The position numbers and the translations under genes are program-made. DNA of 64,000 nucleotides, from assembly GCA_024402565.1 (NCBI GenBank), contig JAKSTM010000009.1, forward strand, positions 169 to 64,168. The letters are read 5' to 3'. The notes under the pieces were generated by a model. The model did not search any database, was not told the origin of the DNA, and saw only the letters and a list, made by a program, of their open reading frames with translations. The DNA is from Treponema sp. (GTDB taxonomy: Bacteria > Spirochaetota > Spirochaetia > Treponematales > Treponemataceae). This document shows, in pieces, positions 37,001 to 46,066 of this stretch (the stretch's first letter is position 1; each line of letters starts with the position of its first letter).

Positions 37001-39055
37001 ATGAAGATTAATAAAAAACACGTTCCTTTTATTATTTCAGTCCTGGTTTTCGTTCTGATTCTGGGACTGGAACAAGCGGGACTGTTCAACTTTCTGGAAT
37101 TGAAAAGTTATGACTCCAGAATGAACAGAACTTCGCACCTACGAAGACCATCACAGGATATTATTCTTGTCATTGTAAATCAGCAAAGTCTAGATGAAGC
37201 CAGCGAAAAATACGGCTGGTCTTTTCCATGGCCAAGAGAAGCCTGGGGAAAAATCTATGAATATATGGATGCTGGAAATGCCGCATCTGTCACTTATGAT
37301 ATTCTTTTCTCTGAAACTTCAACTTATGGAAAAAATGATGATATAGCCTTTGCCGAAAAACTTGCTGAAGGCCACAATACAAAATCCTGTATAGCCCAGT
37401 TTTGGAACGGAGAATATGATCAAGAAGCAACCATAACAAAACCTGTAAAAGAAATTTTAAATTCCGCTTCCTTACTTTCAACTACTACCAGCTTAAAAGA
37501 TTCCGACGATATTATCAGACGCTGCCGAATAGAAGACAAAGTCCAGGGAGAAAATCTTGTTTTTATGGGATTTGCTCCTATAGCAGACGAGGAAAATTTC
37601 CGGGATAAATTACCTGTAATGCATAAGAAGGGAGAATATACAGATTCTGTAAAACTCACTTTTAAGGGCGATATAAATCGTTACGTTCGTTACAGTGCCA
37701 TGGAAATTTTAAACTCCATAGATGCTTATAATAATGGTGATGAACCGGAGTACGAACCGGAAAATTTTGAAAACGCTCATATATTTGTAATCTACTATGC
37801 ATCTGGCATTTTTGATATTTGTTCCAGCCCAATTGGAAAAGTTTATCCTGGTGGAGGAATCTCGATAACTGCACTTGATAATTATCTTACTGATGATTTT
37901 ATGCGGACTGTTCCTTATTTCCTAAACCTACTGGCTTTATTTCTGGTTTGCATTTTGGGAACTATGATTTCTGTTTTCAGTTCAAAAAGAAAAAGTACCA
38001 GAACTGTAATAGCAAGTAACATCATCTTATTTTCACTTGGGATATTTTTGATTTATGAAGTAAACAAAGGACTATTCATTTTAAAATACGACGCCCTTTT
38101 TATTCCGCTTTTGGCAGGTTTTGTTATTTCGTTTTTTTCTGCGGCCAGTGTTGACTACTTTATGGAAGGTAAACAGAAACGTTTTATAAAGAACGCATTC
38201 AGTCAGTATTTAAGTCCTGTAGTTATCAATCAGCTGATTTCAAATCCAGATAATCTGAAACTTGGTGGCGAACGACGATTCATTACTATGTTTTTTAGTG
38301 ATGTAGAAAGCTTTACTTCGTTAAGTGAAAATCTTTCCCCAGAAGCATTAACTGAAATCTTAAATATTTACCTGGGAGAATTAAGTAAAATCATTCTGGA
38401 ATCTGGTGGAACAATCGACAAATATGAAGGCGATGCAATTATTGCGTTCTGGAATGCGCCAGCCGATATTCCAGACCACAGTGTCAGAGCATTGGAAGCG
38501 GCTGTAAAATGCCAGGAACGACTCCAGGAAATGAATGACTATTTCTTGAAAAAAGTCGGAAGAGGAATGTGGACAAGAATAGGAATTAATACTGGATTTG
38601 CTGTTGTAGGCAACATGGGCAGTGAAAGCCGTTTTGACTACACTATGTTCGGCGACAGTGTAAACCTTGCTGCCAGACTGGAAGGATTAAATAAACAGTT
38701 CGGAACATATCTTCTTTGCTCCGAAAATACAAAAAAACATGCCGAAGAATGCGGTACAAATCTGTTTTTCAGAGAAATTGGAAAAGTACAGGTTATTGGT
38801 AAATCAGAAGCCGTAAAAATTTTTGAACCAATGACAATTATGCAGGCTGAAAAAACAGAAAATGAAAGACTTGCATTTGAAAAGGGTCTTGAAATGTTTT
38901 ATAGCGGAAAACTTAAAAAAGCCGAAGATATTTTTTCTAAAAACGAAAAAGATAAGACAAGTTTGTTTTATGCAAAAAAATGCCGTCAACTTTTAGATGA
39001 CGGCATTACAGGCGATAAGAACTGGCCCGGTATTTTTGTAGCTGAAAGTAAATAA
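37001..39055 (+). CDS. CHASE2-domain class III adenylate cyclase
   Basis: FPWPR CHASE2 motif followed by 3 TM; FFSDVESFT, IDKYEGDA, RIGINTG, DYTMFGDSVNLAARLE (Lys/Thr specificity pair). Confidence 0.92.
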   Translation: MKINKKHVPFIISVLVFVLILGLEQAGLFNFLELKSYDSRMNRTSHLRRPSQDIILVIVNQQSLDEASEKYGWSFPWPREAWGKIYEYMDAGNAASVTYDILFSETSTYGKNDDIAFAEKLAEGHNTKSCIAQFWNGEYDQEATITKPVKEILNSASLLSTTTSLKDSDDIIRRCRIEDKVQGENLVFMGFAPIADEENFRDKLPVMHKKGEYTDSVKLTFKGDINRYVRYSAMEILNSIDAYNNGDEPEYEPENFENAHIFVIYYASGIFDICSSPIGKVYPGGGISITALDNYLTDDFMRTVPYFLNLLALFLVCILGTMISVFSSKRKSTRTVIASNIILFSLGIFLIYEVNKGLFILKYDALFIPLLAGFVISFFSAASVDYFMEGKQKRFIKNAFSQYLSPVVINQLISNPDNLKLGGERRFITMFFSDVESFTSLSENLSPEALTEILNIYLGELSKIILESGGTIDKYEGDAIIAFWNAPADIPDHSVRALEAAVKCQERLQEMNDYFLKKVGRGMWTRIGINTGFAVVGNMGSESRFDYTMFGDSVNLAARLEGLNKQFGTYLLCSENTKKHAEECGTNLFFREIGKVQVIGKSEAVKIFEPMTIMQAEKTENERLAFEKGLEMFYSGKLKKAEDIFSKNEKDKTSLFYAKKCRQLLDDGITGDKNWPGIFVAESK

Positions 39056-39059
39056 AAGT

Positions 39060-39773
39060 TTATTTTACAGAGACAGCTGTAATGTGTGGATTTGGACCTT
39101 CATACCAGTAAAGGAATCCTTCCATATCAATTACCTGTCCTACTTTCAGTTCTTTTACTGCTTTGTAAACTGCAGTTGTGTTATCGCAAAGATAAGATTC
39201 AACTGTGAAAGAATAAACTTTTCCATTTTTTGAAACTTTGAAGTAAAGATCGTCGCCGTCCTGTCCAGCTCCATTCCATTTGTAAAGGAATGCTGCACCG
39301 CCATCAGATGGTTCAACTGTCATACCTTTGAATGCAACAAAAAGATTCTGTTTCTTTACCAAATCATCTGTTCCAAGAAGAGCTGTTACATCATCTGCAG
39401 CTGCAATATATTTTCCCTTAAGGATTTCATATTTTGCATCGATGATTTCTACTTCTCCAGACCATTCAGCCTTATATCCAGTAACTTTGATTTTTGTGCC
39501 AGGTACCAATTTATTATATTCTTCCTGTGAACAAGCCATATTGTAAAGGAAATATGCACCTTCTTTATCCTGTGTATAGAAAGTTCCTTTATTATCCCAC
39601 CAAGACTGTTTTGCCTGAACGTATGTTTCAACAACAACTTCAGATTCCAAAGGAGCTGCAGCAAATTCAGCATAAGTCATTACACCTTTGCCTTTTTTTT
39701 CTGCTTTAGGTTTTGCTGTTGCTACAGAAAGAACTGTAAGTGCAACAAATGCTACTGATAAGAATTTTTTCAT
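39060..39773 (-). CDS. Exported hypothetical protein with two OB-fold-like repeats
   Basis: Signal peptide; LVPGTKIKVTG and LKVGQVIDMEG OB-like patterns; SD GGAGG. Confidence 0.7.
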   Translation of the reverse strand: MKKFLSVAFVALTVLSVATAKPKAEKKGKGVMTYAEFAAAPLESEVVVETYVQAKQSWWDNKGTFYTQDKEGAYFLYNMACSQEEYNKLVPGTKIKVTGYKAEWSGEVEIIDAKYEILKGKYIAAADDVTALLGTDDLVKKQNLFVAFKGMTVEPSDGGAAFLYKWNGAGQDGDDLYFKVSKNGKVYSFTVESYLCDNTTAVYKAVKELKVGQVIDMEGFLYWYEGPNPHITAVSVK

Positions 39774-39844
39774 TTATTTCCTCCAAAAAAAAATCGTAGA
39801 TATATAATACCAACCCTCCGATTTTGTTACAATTACACCATAAT

Positions 39845-40798
39845 TTACTTAATTATCAGATCGTACATTTCACAACTTCCAATACTCAGGCTGTGCGGTA
39901 CGACGCTGCTTTCAAGTTTTCCGGCCTTTACGCATTCCATGGCTTCTTTTGCTTCGTAGTAAAAACCATTTGGAGTTACTGTATCTTTAAACCGCTCAAC
40001 TTCTTCAAAATCATTGTTATACAGAACACATTCTGTAGTCCAGTGAGCATTTGGAATTTCAATACGCCCTTTATTTCCGTAAAGAACGATATTTTCTTTA
40101 ATGCGAGCTGTAAAAGAAGTTTTTACGCTTGAAGTGATTTTTCCATAGTTCAGCGTGATATTGTTTGAAGTGTCTACACCTTCTTCATTATAGATTGCAT
40201 CACATTTCATGCTTACAGGTTTTGTATCTGTAAAGAAATCGCTCACCATATAGCCGTAAACGGACAGATCCCATGCAACGCCGCCGCCGTTTGCTTTTTC
40301 AAAGAAACGGTTTCCTTTGTGGCTTGGTGCGTTAAAGCCGATAGCAAAATCGATAAAGCAAAGGTCACCGATTTTCCCTTCCTTAATCCATTCCTTTGCT
40401 TTAATAAGAGGAGGAAGAAAACGGCTCCACATAGCTTCCATAAGGAAAACATTTTTGGACCGCGCGTATGCAATACCTTCTTCACAATCTTTTTTATTCA
40501 GGTACATTGCTTTTTCACAAAGAACTGGGACTCCCTTGTCGATGCAAAGCTTAATCAAATCTTTATGTGCATTCTGAGTAACAGCGATATAAACACAGTC
40601 AGGTTTTACTTCATCCATCATTTTTTCGAAATTGTCGTAAACGGCAGGAATGTTGTTACGCTTTGCAAAATCTTCGCAGCGTGAAAGAGTTCGGTTTGCA
40701 ACAGCTACAATTTCAGCTTCAGGGATAAAACTAACGGCATTACAGAATTTATTTGCAATGTCACTGGCGCCCATAATGGCCCATCTGAATTTTTCCAT
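39845..40798 (-). CDS. Gfo/Idh/MocA oxidoreductase
   Basis: WAIMGASDIA, VLCEKA, MEAMWSRFLP, GGVAWDLSVY. Confidence 0.9.
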   Translation of the reverse strand: MEKFRWAIMGASDIANKFCNAVSFIPEAEIVAVANRTLSRCEDFAKRNNIPAVYDNFEKMMDEVKPDCVYIAVTQNAHKDLIKLCIDKGVPVLCEKAMYLNKKDCEEGIAYARSKNVFLMEAMWSRFLPPLIKAKEWIKEGKIGDLCFIDFAIGFNAPSHKGNRFFEKANGGGVAWDLSVYGYMVSDFFTDTKPVSMKCDAIYNEEGVDTSNNITLNYGKITSSVKTSFTARIKENIVLYGNKGRIEIPNAHWTTECVLYNNDFEEVERFKDTVTPNGFYYEAKEAMECVKAGKLESSVVPHSLSIGSCEMYDLIIK

Positions 40799-40799
40799 A

Positions 40800-42389
40800 T
40801 TATTTTCTCCTCAAAAAAAAACAGATTATAACACACCAAGCCAGAAACAAAATTCCAAGCAGATTGCGGGATATTTCAGGAAGAGGTCCCAATTCTTTTT
40901 TACTTTCACCTGCGGCAAGGTCACCTTCTTTCACCTTAATTTCATTCAGACGGAACAAAGCCGTAACATCATCAAAGTTTTTCTTTGTAAATGCAGAATC
41001 AATTTTCTGATTACGACGTGCCGCCTTGCACACATTTTCAACAAGCTGACCTGCGGCATTTCTTAAAGAAGCAGAACCATTGAATACCGGAGTTGTAAAA
41101 GTTTTTTCCGGATTTTCAAGAATCAAACGTGCCGCCTCGATTTTCACTTTGTAATACATATTGTTGTCTTCACCGGCGCGGGAAATATAGTCCTCATATT
41201 CAGGACTCTTCTGGGCGCGAAGAGTTACAGGAACATATCCTTCAGTCTGCGAGTAAGTAATCTGAGTTTCATTTGTCAAAAGGAACTGTGCAAAAAGCCA
41301 TGAAGCAAGAACTTCCTGAGAATCAGCTTTGTTGAAAATACAGAGAGAAGGCCCCTGAGAAATCATTTTTGGATTTTCAGGATCTACTTGCGGAACAGGT
41401 TTTACCACCGTTTCAAACTTAACAAGTTTATCTTCACTGATATCACTTAAAGGAGCATCGCCTCCCATCCAGGTTGCGCCGGCTGTTGAGTCCACAGCGA
41501 AAATACACTGGCCTGCATTCAAAAAATTTCCAGGATAACTTGAAATTGCAAAAGTTGAAAAAGCACGGGTTCCTGCATGAACGCCCACTTCATTAAGGAA
41601 GTTTTCGGTTTCTTCATTAAAAATGTGGATGCGTCCGCTTTCTTCCGAATACCCTGCATTTTTCTGTGCAAGGTACTGAATAAGCATATTATCAGTTGAT
41701 TTATAAATGAAAGGAATCATTACGTTCTGATTGTTTATAGAATAAATTCCGTTTTCATCTTTCACGTTTGCTTCTTCGGAAAGTTTCCAGAGCCAGTCCC
41801 AGGTTACCACTTCGGGAATTTCATATCCAAGTTTTTCTACAAGATTTTTGTTGATATACAAAGCTTCTGTTGAGCGCATGAAAGGAAGTGCAAACTGATG
41901 TCCTTCAAGAAATCCTTCCTGTAAAAACTGTGAAACAATTTCTTCCTTACGGACAGAATCAAAGGGGAGCGCTGAACCGCCAAGCCCATACTTTTCATTT
42001 TCCAGAAGTTCATCCAGCGGCACCACTATGTTCACGCCGGTATTGTAAGTAGCAATATGATCGGGATAAGTTATGCAGACATTTGGAGTTGTAAAAGTTG
42101 AAATGTTTGTGATTACATCATTATAAATGCGGTTGTAATCTGTATAGATTTTCATGTTCACTTTTACATTGGGGTAAAGCTTTTCAAAATCACGGATTGC
42201 TTTTTCATAAGCTTCAGTCTGAATTTTGTTTGTATCATTTTTTGCCCAAAAGGAAAGTTCAATATTCCGTGAAGTATCAAACTGATCCGGCATTGAAAAT
42301 GCCGGGAGCGACTTTTTCCCGTGACAGGAAGTCAGACAAAAGATGATAAGACTATTTATGATAAATGAAACAATTTTTCGGTAACGCAT
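40800..42389 (-). CDS. Carbohydrate ABC transporter solute-binding lipoprotein with a C-terminal TM helix
   Basis: Lipobox CLTSC; FEKLYPNVKV, ALPFMRSTEALYINK, SQGPS; C-terminus LLGILFLAWCVIICFFLRRK. Confidence 0.85.
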   Translation of the reverse strand: MRYRKIVSFIINSLIIFCLTSCHGKKSLPAFSMPDQFDTSRNIELSFWAKNDTNKIQTEAYEKAIRDFEKLYPNVKVNMKIYTDYNRIYNDVITNISTFTTPNVCITYPDHIATYNTGVNIVVPLDELLENEKYGLGGSALPFDSVRKEEIVSQFLQEGFLEGHQFALPFMRSTEALYINKNLVEKLGYEIPEVVTWDWLWKLSEEANVKDENGIYSINNQNVMIPFIYKSTDNMLIQYLAQKNAGYSEESGRIHIFNEETENFLNEVGVHAGTRAFSTFAISSYPGNFLNAGQCIFAVDSTAGATWMGGDAPLSDISEDKLVKFETVVKPVPQVDPENPKMISQGPSLCIFNKADSQEVLASWLFAQFLLTNETQITYSQTEGYVPVTLRAQKSPEYEDYISRAGEDNNMYYKVKIEAARLILENPEKTFTTPVFNGSASLRNAAGQLVENVCKAARRNQKIDSAFTKKNFDDVTALFRLNEIKVKEGDLAAGESKKELGPLPEISRNLLGILFLAWCVIICFFLRRK

Positions 42390-42428
42390 TATTTTTATAT
42401 TATAACGCGAAACCCTATATAAAATCAT

Positions 42429-42458
42429 AAAAAAAAGCAGTGTCCCAACGACACTGCT
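42429..42458 (-). terminator. Terminator separating the OMP gene from the solute-binding gene
   Basis: AGCAGTGTC-CCAAC-GACACTGCT with a poly-U tract on the minus strand. Confidence 0.8.
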
Positions 42459-42500
42459 AAAACTCTCTTTTATAAACTCTCTCTTCTTAAAATCAGTTAC

Positions 42501-43073
42501 TTAAAACCGGAATCCTGCAAAGAATTTTGCACCGATATAAGTGTTGTTATTTATGAAAGTTCCATAATCTTTATATATTCTTAAAACAGGAAAATTAACA
42601 TTAGTGATTCCAAGCCCGCTGTAAAATCCTTTTCTATTGTTTTTCATGAAAAGAACATCCAAAGAATTCTGTGTCTTAAAAAACATACCGCCTAGAATTC
42701 CTGCTGTATAACCCGCCCCGGTTGAGAAATCCAGTTCAAGATTAAAGTTTCCGATTTCAAGTAAATTCCATGAAAACCCTGCAACAGGCATAAAACTTAA
42801 ACCGTAAAAATCCACACCTACATCAAAACCAACAGAAAAATGAACTGGGGCTGAAATTTTTGAAGAATTGAATTCCCAACCACAAGTAGCTGAAAAACCT
42901 GCCACTCCTGTAAAACTTGGGTCATCAATAGTGTCAGGTGTTTCTGTGTTGAAGCAGTCATGACGGAATGACATTAAGCCGCCTACTCCATCATCATTCT
43001 GCTGAATGAAAACACCTGCAAAAACTGAAAAACAAAAGCAGGACAAAATAACGCTGATTAATATTTTTTTCAT
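42501..43073 (-). CDS. Small putative outer-membrane beta-barrel protein
   Basis: Signal peptide ending VFA; Gly/aromatic beta strands; C-terminus FFAGFRF. Confidence 0.65.
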   Translation of the reverse strand: MKKILISVILSCFCFSVFAGVFIQQNDDGVGGLMSFRHDCFNTETPDTIDDPSFTGVAGFSATCGWEFNSSKISAPVHFSVGFDVGVDFYGLSFMPVAGFSWNLLEIGNFNLELDFSTGAGYTAGILGGMFFKTQNSLDVLFMKNNRKGFYSGLGITNVNFPVLRIYKDYGTFINNNTYIGAKFFAGFRF

Positions 43074-43092
43074 AGTTCACGTCCTCCATCAA

Positions 43093-44310
43093 TTAGTTTG
43101 CAAAATTTTTCAGAGCAACCGGCTCAAGTTCTTGAACTGAGTTTTTATTCAAATCAACACAAATCATTCTTGCCACCTGATTACTATACGAAACGAAGAA
43201 AACTTTACTTCCTCTTATAGCAGGCACACTATTTCCTTCGGATTTAAAACTTAGGCCTGTATCTTCTAAACCTGTTCCAGTCCCATTCAAAGTGAATACA
43301 TTTACTTCGCAGGAAATTGGTTTCTGAAGGAAAACATAAATCTTGCCGTTCACATTCTGCACTGTAAGGATTTCTCTTTCTGAAATTTCCGATCCAACAA
43401 TTTCCTCAGATTTTCCGCCAGTTTTTTTGATTCGGAAAATTTTCTGACTGTTCAGATTGATTACAATTTCGGAGAAGTAAACATATTCAGAATCAACACA
43501 AAGAACATTAAAACTTTTTTCATATTCCCAGCCGATTACTTCGTCATAAACAGCCCCTTCATATATATCAAATTCTGCTATCGGGGAATTAAAAGCATTT
43601 TTTACTACATCGAATCTGGTGATTGTCGAAAGATGTTTTTCATTTTTCATTTTTCCCAAAACAAACCAGTAATTTCCTTCTGTATCAGAAACCGGAACAT
43701 TGTCCGAAATTATGCTGCTTACTTTTTCTGTCACAACAGTTCCAAAGCTGTCAGATTCTGGACTAAAAGTCTTTACCTTAAAAAAGTATTCCCCGTTGTC
43801 ATATTCATTACAGAAATATCTTAATCCTTTCCCTGAAATAATTTCCGCCGATTCTCCAAAGCCCGGTCCACCCCAGTAAGAATTTTTATCATCTGACGCA
43901 AATGAAGTCAGTTCTGTTTTATCAGACCGCATAACATAAATTTTCTGATATTCCGCATCATATCCGTAAAAACTTAGTTTTCCGTCACTTCCTTTTAGTC
44001 CTACATTAAACGGATGATGAATACTACCCGAATACTCTCCAGGAGCATAAACATAGTCAAAGACTTCATTTTTTTCCCAATCGTAAACGGCATATATTGT
44101 TCCGTTATAGATAACATCTTTTTGAGTATTTTTACCCTTTGTTTCAAAGTTCATTACAAAGTCATAATTCAAAACAATAGGCTCATTTAATGAATCAAAA
44201 CTTTTATATGATTTTTTTCCGCGGATTTTTGAATAATCTTCTGCAGGATAAAACACACAGGAAGAAAACAAAATGGTAAACATCAGCGGCAATAAAAGTG
44301 TTTTTTTCAT
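43093..44310 (-). CDS. Hypothetical lipoprotein (beta-propeller-like pattern)
   Basis: SD GGAGG; MKKTLLL..LFSSC lipobox; repeated motifs such as DTEGNYWF and DSEYVYF. Confidence 0.7.
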   Translation of the reverse strand: MKKTLLLPLMFTILFSSCVFYPAEDYSKIRGKKSYKSFDSLNEPIVLNYDFVMNFETKGKNTQKDVIYNGTIYAVYDWEKNEVFDYVYAPGEYSGSIHHPFNVGLKGSDGKLSFYGYDAEYQKIYVMRSDKTELTSFASDDKNSYWGGPGFGESAEIISGKGLRYFCNEYDNGEYFFKVKTFSPESDSFGTVVTEKVSSIISDNVPVSDTEGNYWFVLGKMKNEKHLSTITRFDVVKNAFNSPIAEFDIYEGAVYDEVIGWEYEKSFNVLCVDSEYVYFSEIVINLNSQKIFRIKKTGGKSEEIVGSEISEREILTVQNVNGKIYVFLQKPISCEVNVFTLNGTGTGLEDTGLSFKSEGNSVPAIRGSKVFFVSYSNQVARMICVDLNKNSVQELEPVALKNFAN

Positions 44311-44386
44311 AAAAACTACCTCCTCCATAAGTGGTAAAAGTTTCTATGCTTAAATCTTAGGCTGATTGTGAGGAAAAATAAATTGA

Positions 44387-44429
44387 ACCTTGGTGGATTT
44401 TTAGGATTTTTGGATTACACCTTGGTGGA
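44387..44429. promoter_or_regulatory. Direct repeat ACCTTGGTGGA x2, candidate regulator binding site
   Basis: Copies at 44387-44397 and 44419-44429 (32 bp apart), upstream of the lipoprotein gene. Confidence 0.5.
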
Positions 44430-45152
44430 ATCTTTAGAAAATTTGATAATAAAATCGATCTGACAGGTTACGCCAAGCTTTTTATACAAAACTGCAAGGC
44501 GTTTTTTTACTGAACTTAATGAAAGATTATGATTTATAGCGATTTCTTCATATTTACAGCCGTCCAGAACTTCGCGAAGCATCTCTTTATCGCGTTCTGT
44601 AAATCCGGCCTGTTCAAAATAATCACTTATGTTTTCTTTTTCTACTTCTTCAAGAACATCCTGATTAATCCGAACCAGAAGTTTTTTCCAGATAAGGAAC
44701 ATCCAGAAAACAGCTATCAAAGAAAACAATAATTCTGTAAGTGAATCAAAAAGCTGGGCTCTCTCAAGTCGGAATTGAAAACCAACGGCCAATACATAAA
44801 CAATAACAGCCAAAATGGTTTTTAGTTTTTTATGAGTACTGAAAAAATGAATCTTGCGACCAAGAAGATAACTGCAGCAGACAAGAATAACGCTGAGCGC
44901 AGAAGAACCGTAAGCCACACTGAAAACTGAAAACATGAAAACCCAGTAAATATAAATTCGAAGATCCAGAGGATAAATCATCTGGCGGATTTCTGAATAA
45001 ATAAAGAAAATAAAAACAGGAATCATTGCGCAAAGGTAAACAAAACGGTCTTCCGGTCTGATTACGAAAGCAGCCAAGACAAAACAGGAAGCTATGAATA
45101 ATCCTGAAAAAAGGGCGCAAAGCCGCCAGAAAGTAAATTTTGAAATATGCAT
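44415..45152 (-). CDS. Membrane-anchored LuxR-type HTH regulator
   Basis: About 5 hydrophobic helices followed by FTERDKEML...YEEIA..NLSLSSVKKRLAVLYKKLGV. Confidence 0.8.
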   Translation of the reverse strand: MHISKFTFWRLCALFSGLFIASCFVLAAFVIRPEDRFVYLCAMIPVFIFFIYSEIRQMIYPLDLRIYIYWVFMFSVFSVAYGSSALSVILVCCSYLLGRKIHFFSTHKKLKTILAVIVYVLAVGFQFRLERAQLFDSLTELLFSLIAVFWMFLIWKKLLVRINQDVLEEVEKENISDYFEQAGFTERDKEMLREVLDGCKYEEIAINHNLSLSSVKKRLAVLYKKLGVTCQIDFIIKFSKDSTKV

Positions 45153-45175
45153 TATTATTGTCTAAATCCTTATGA

Positions 45176-46015
45176 TTATCCTTTTGTGCCGCCTCGGCTG
45201 ACACCACTCATAATCTTTTTTCTGAAAATCAAAAACAGAAGAATAAGCGGAATTGAAATGACAACTACGGCTGCCATCATAGCCGGAATGTTTTCGCGGC
45301 CGAATCCATTTTCGCGGATTTCCTGAATGCCGTTTGAAACAAGGAAATAAGCCGGATCATCAGTTACAAGGCGCGGCCAGATATAACTGTTCCAGCATTC
45401 AATCACTTTAAGAATCGTTACAGTGACAAGGGTCGGACGACAGATTGGAAGCATTACTTTCCACATATATTTGAAATCGGAAGTGCCGTCCACTTTTGCC
45501 GCATAATAAAGTTCGTCAGGAACCTGTTCAAAGTTTTCTTTCAATAAATAGATATAAAAAACTGATGTAACACTCGGAAGAATAAGTCCCAGAAATGTGT
45601 TACGCAGATTCATATTTGTAATTGTCACATAATTTGTAATTACCAGAAGTTCATTTGGAATCATCATCATGGAAAGAAAAATTGTGAACACAAGATTCTT
45701 TCCGCGGAAGTTCAGACGGGCAAAACCATAAGCTGCAAAAACAATGACAAGAATCATGAGAACTGTAGTGATTACTGTGAAAATCAGAGTATTCAGAAGA
45801 TAACGGCCAAGATTTACAGTTGTAAATGCGTCGATATAGTTCTGAAATGTGGGATGAAGTGTAAAGAACTTTGGAACAAATTCAGAAGTGTAAGCACTGT
45901 AAGTTTTTACAGACGAAAGAATCATCCAGTAAAATGGAAACAGAACAAAAAGAGCCCACACGCCTAAAAGAGTGTACAAAAAAATATTAAACGCCACAGT
46001 CCGCTTATTTTTCAT
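45176..46015 (-). CDS. Carbohydrate ABC transporter permease (MalG-like)
   Basis: LFPFYWMILSS, AAYGFARLNF, ELYYAAKVDG, WNSYIWP. Confidence 0.92.
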   Translation of the reverse strand: MKNKRTVAFNIFLYTLLGVWALFVLFPFYWMILSSVKTYSAYTSEFVPKFFTLHPTFQNYIDAFTTVNLGRYLLNTLIFTVITTVLMILVIVFAAYGFARLNFRGKNLVFTIFLSMMMIPNELLVITNYVTITNMNLRNTFLGLILPSVTSVFYIYLLKENFEQVPDELYYAAKVDGTSDFKYMWKVMLPICRPTLVTVTILKVIECWNSYIWPRLVTDDPAYFLVSNGIQEIRENGFGRENIPAMMAAVVVISIPLILLFLIFRKKIMSGVSRGGTKG

Positions 46016-46066
46016 ATTTTTCTATTATATTTGTTAAATCGGTCTTTATAAAGTAGAATTCCTTTT

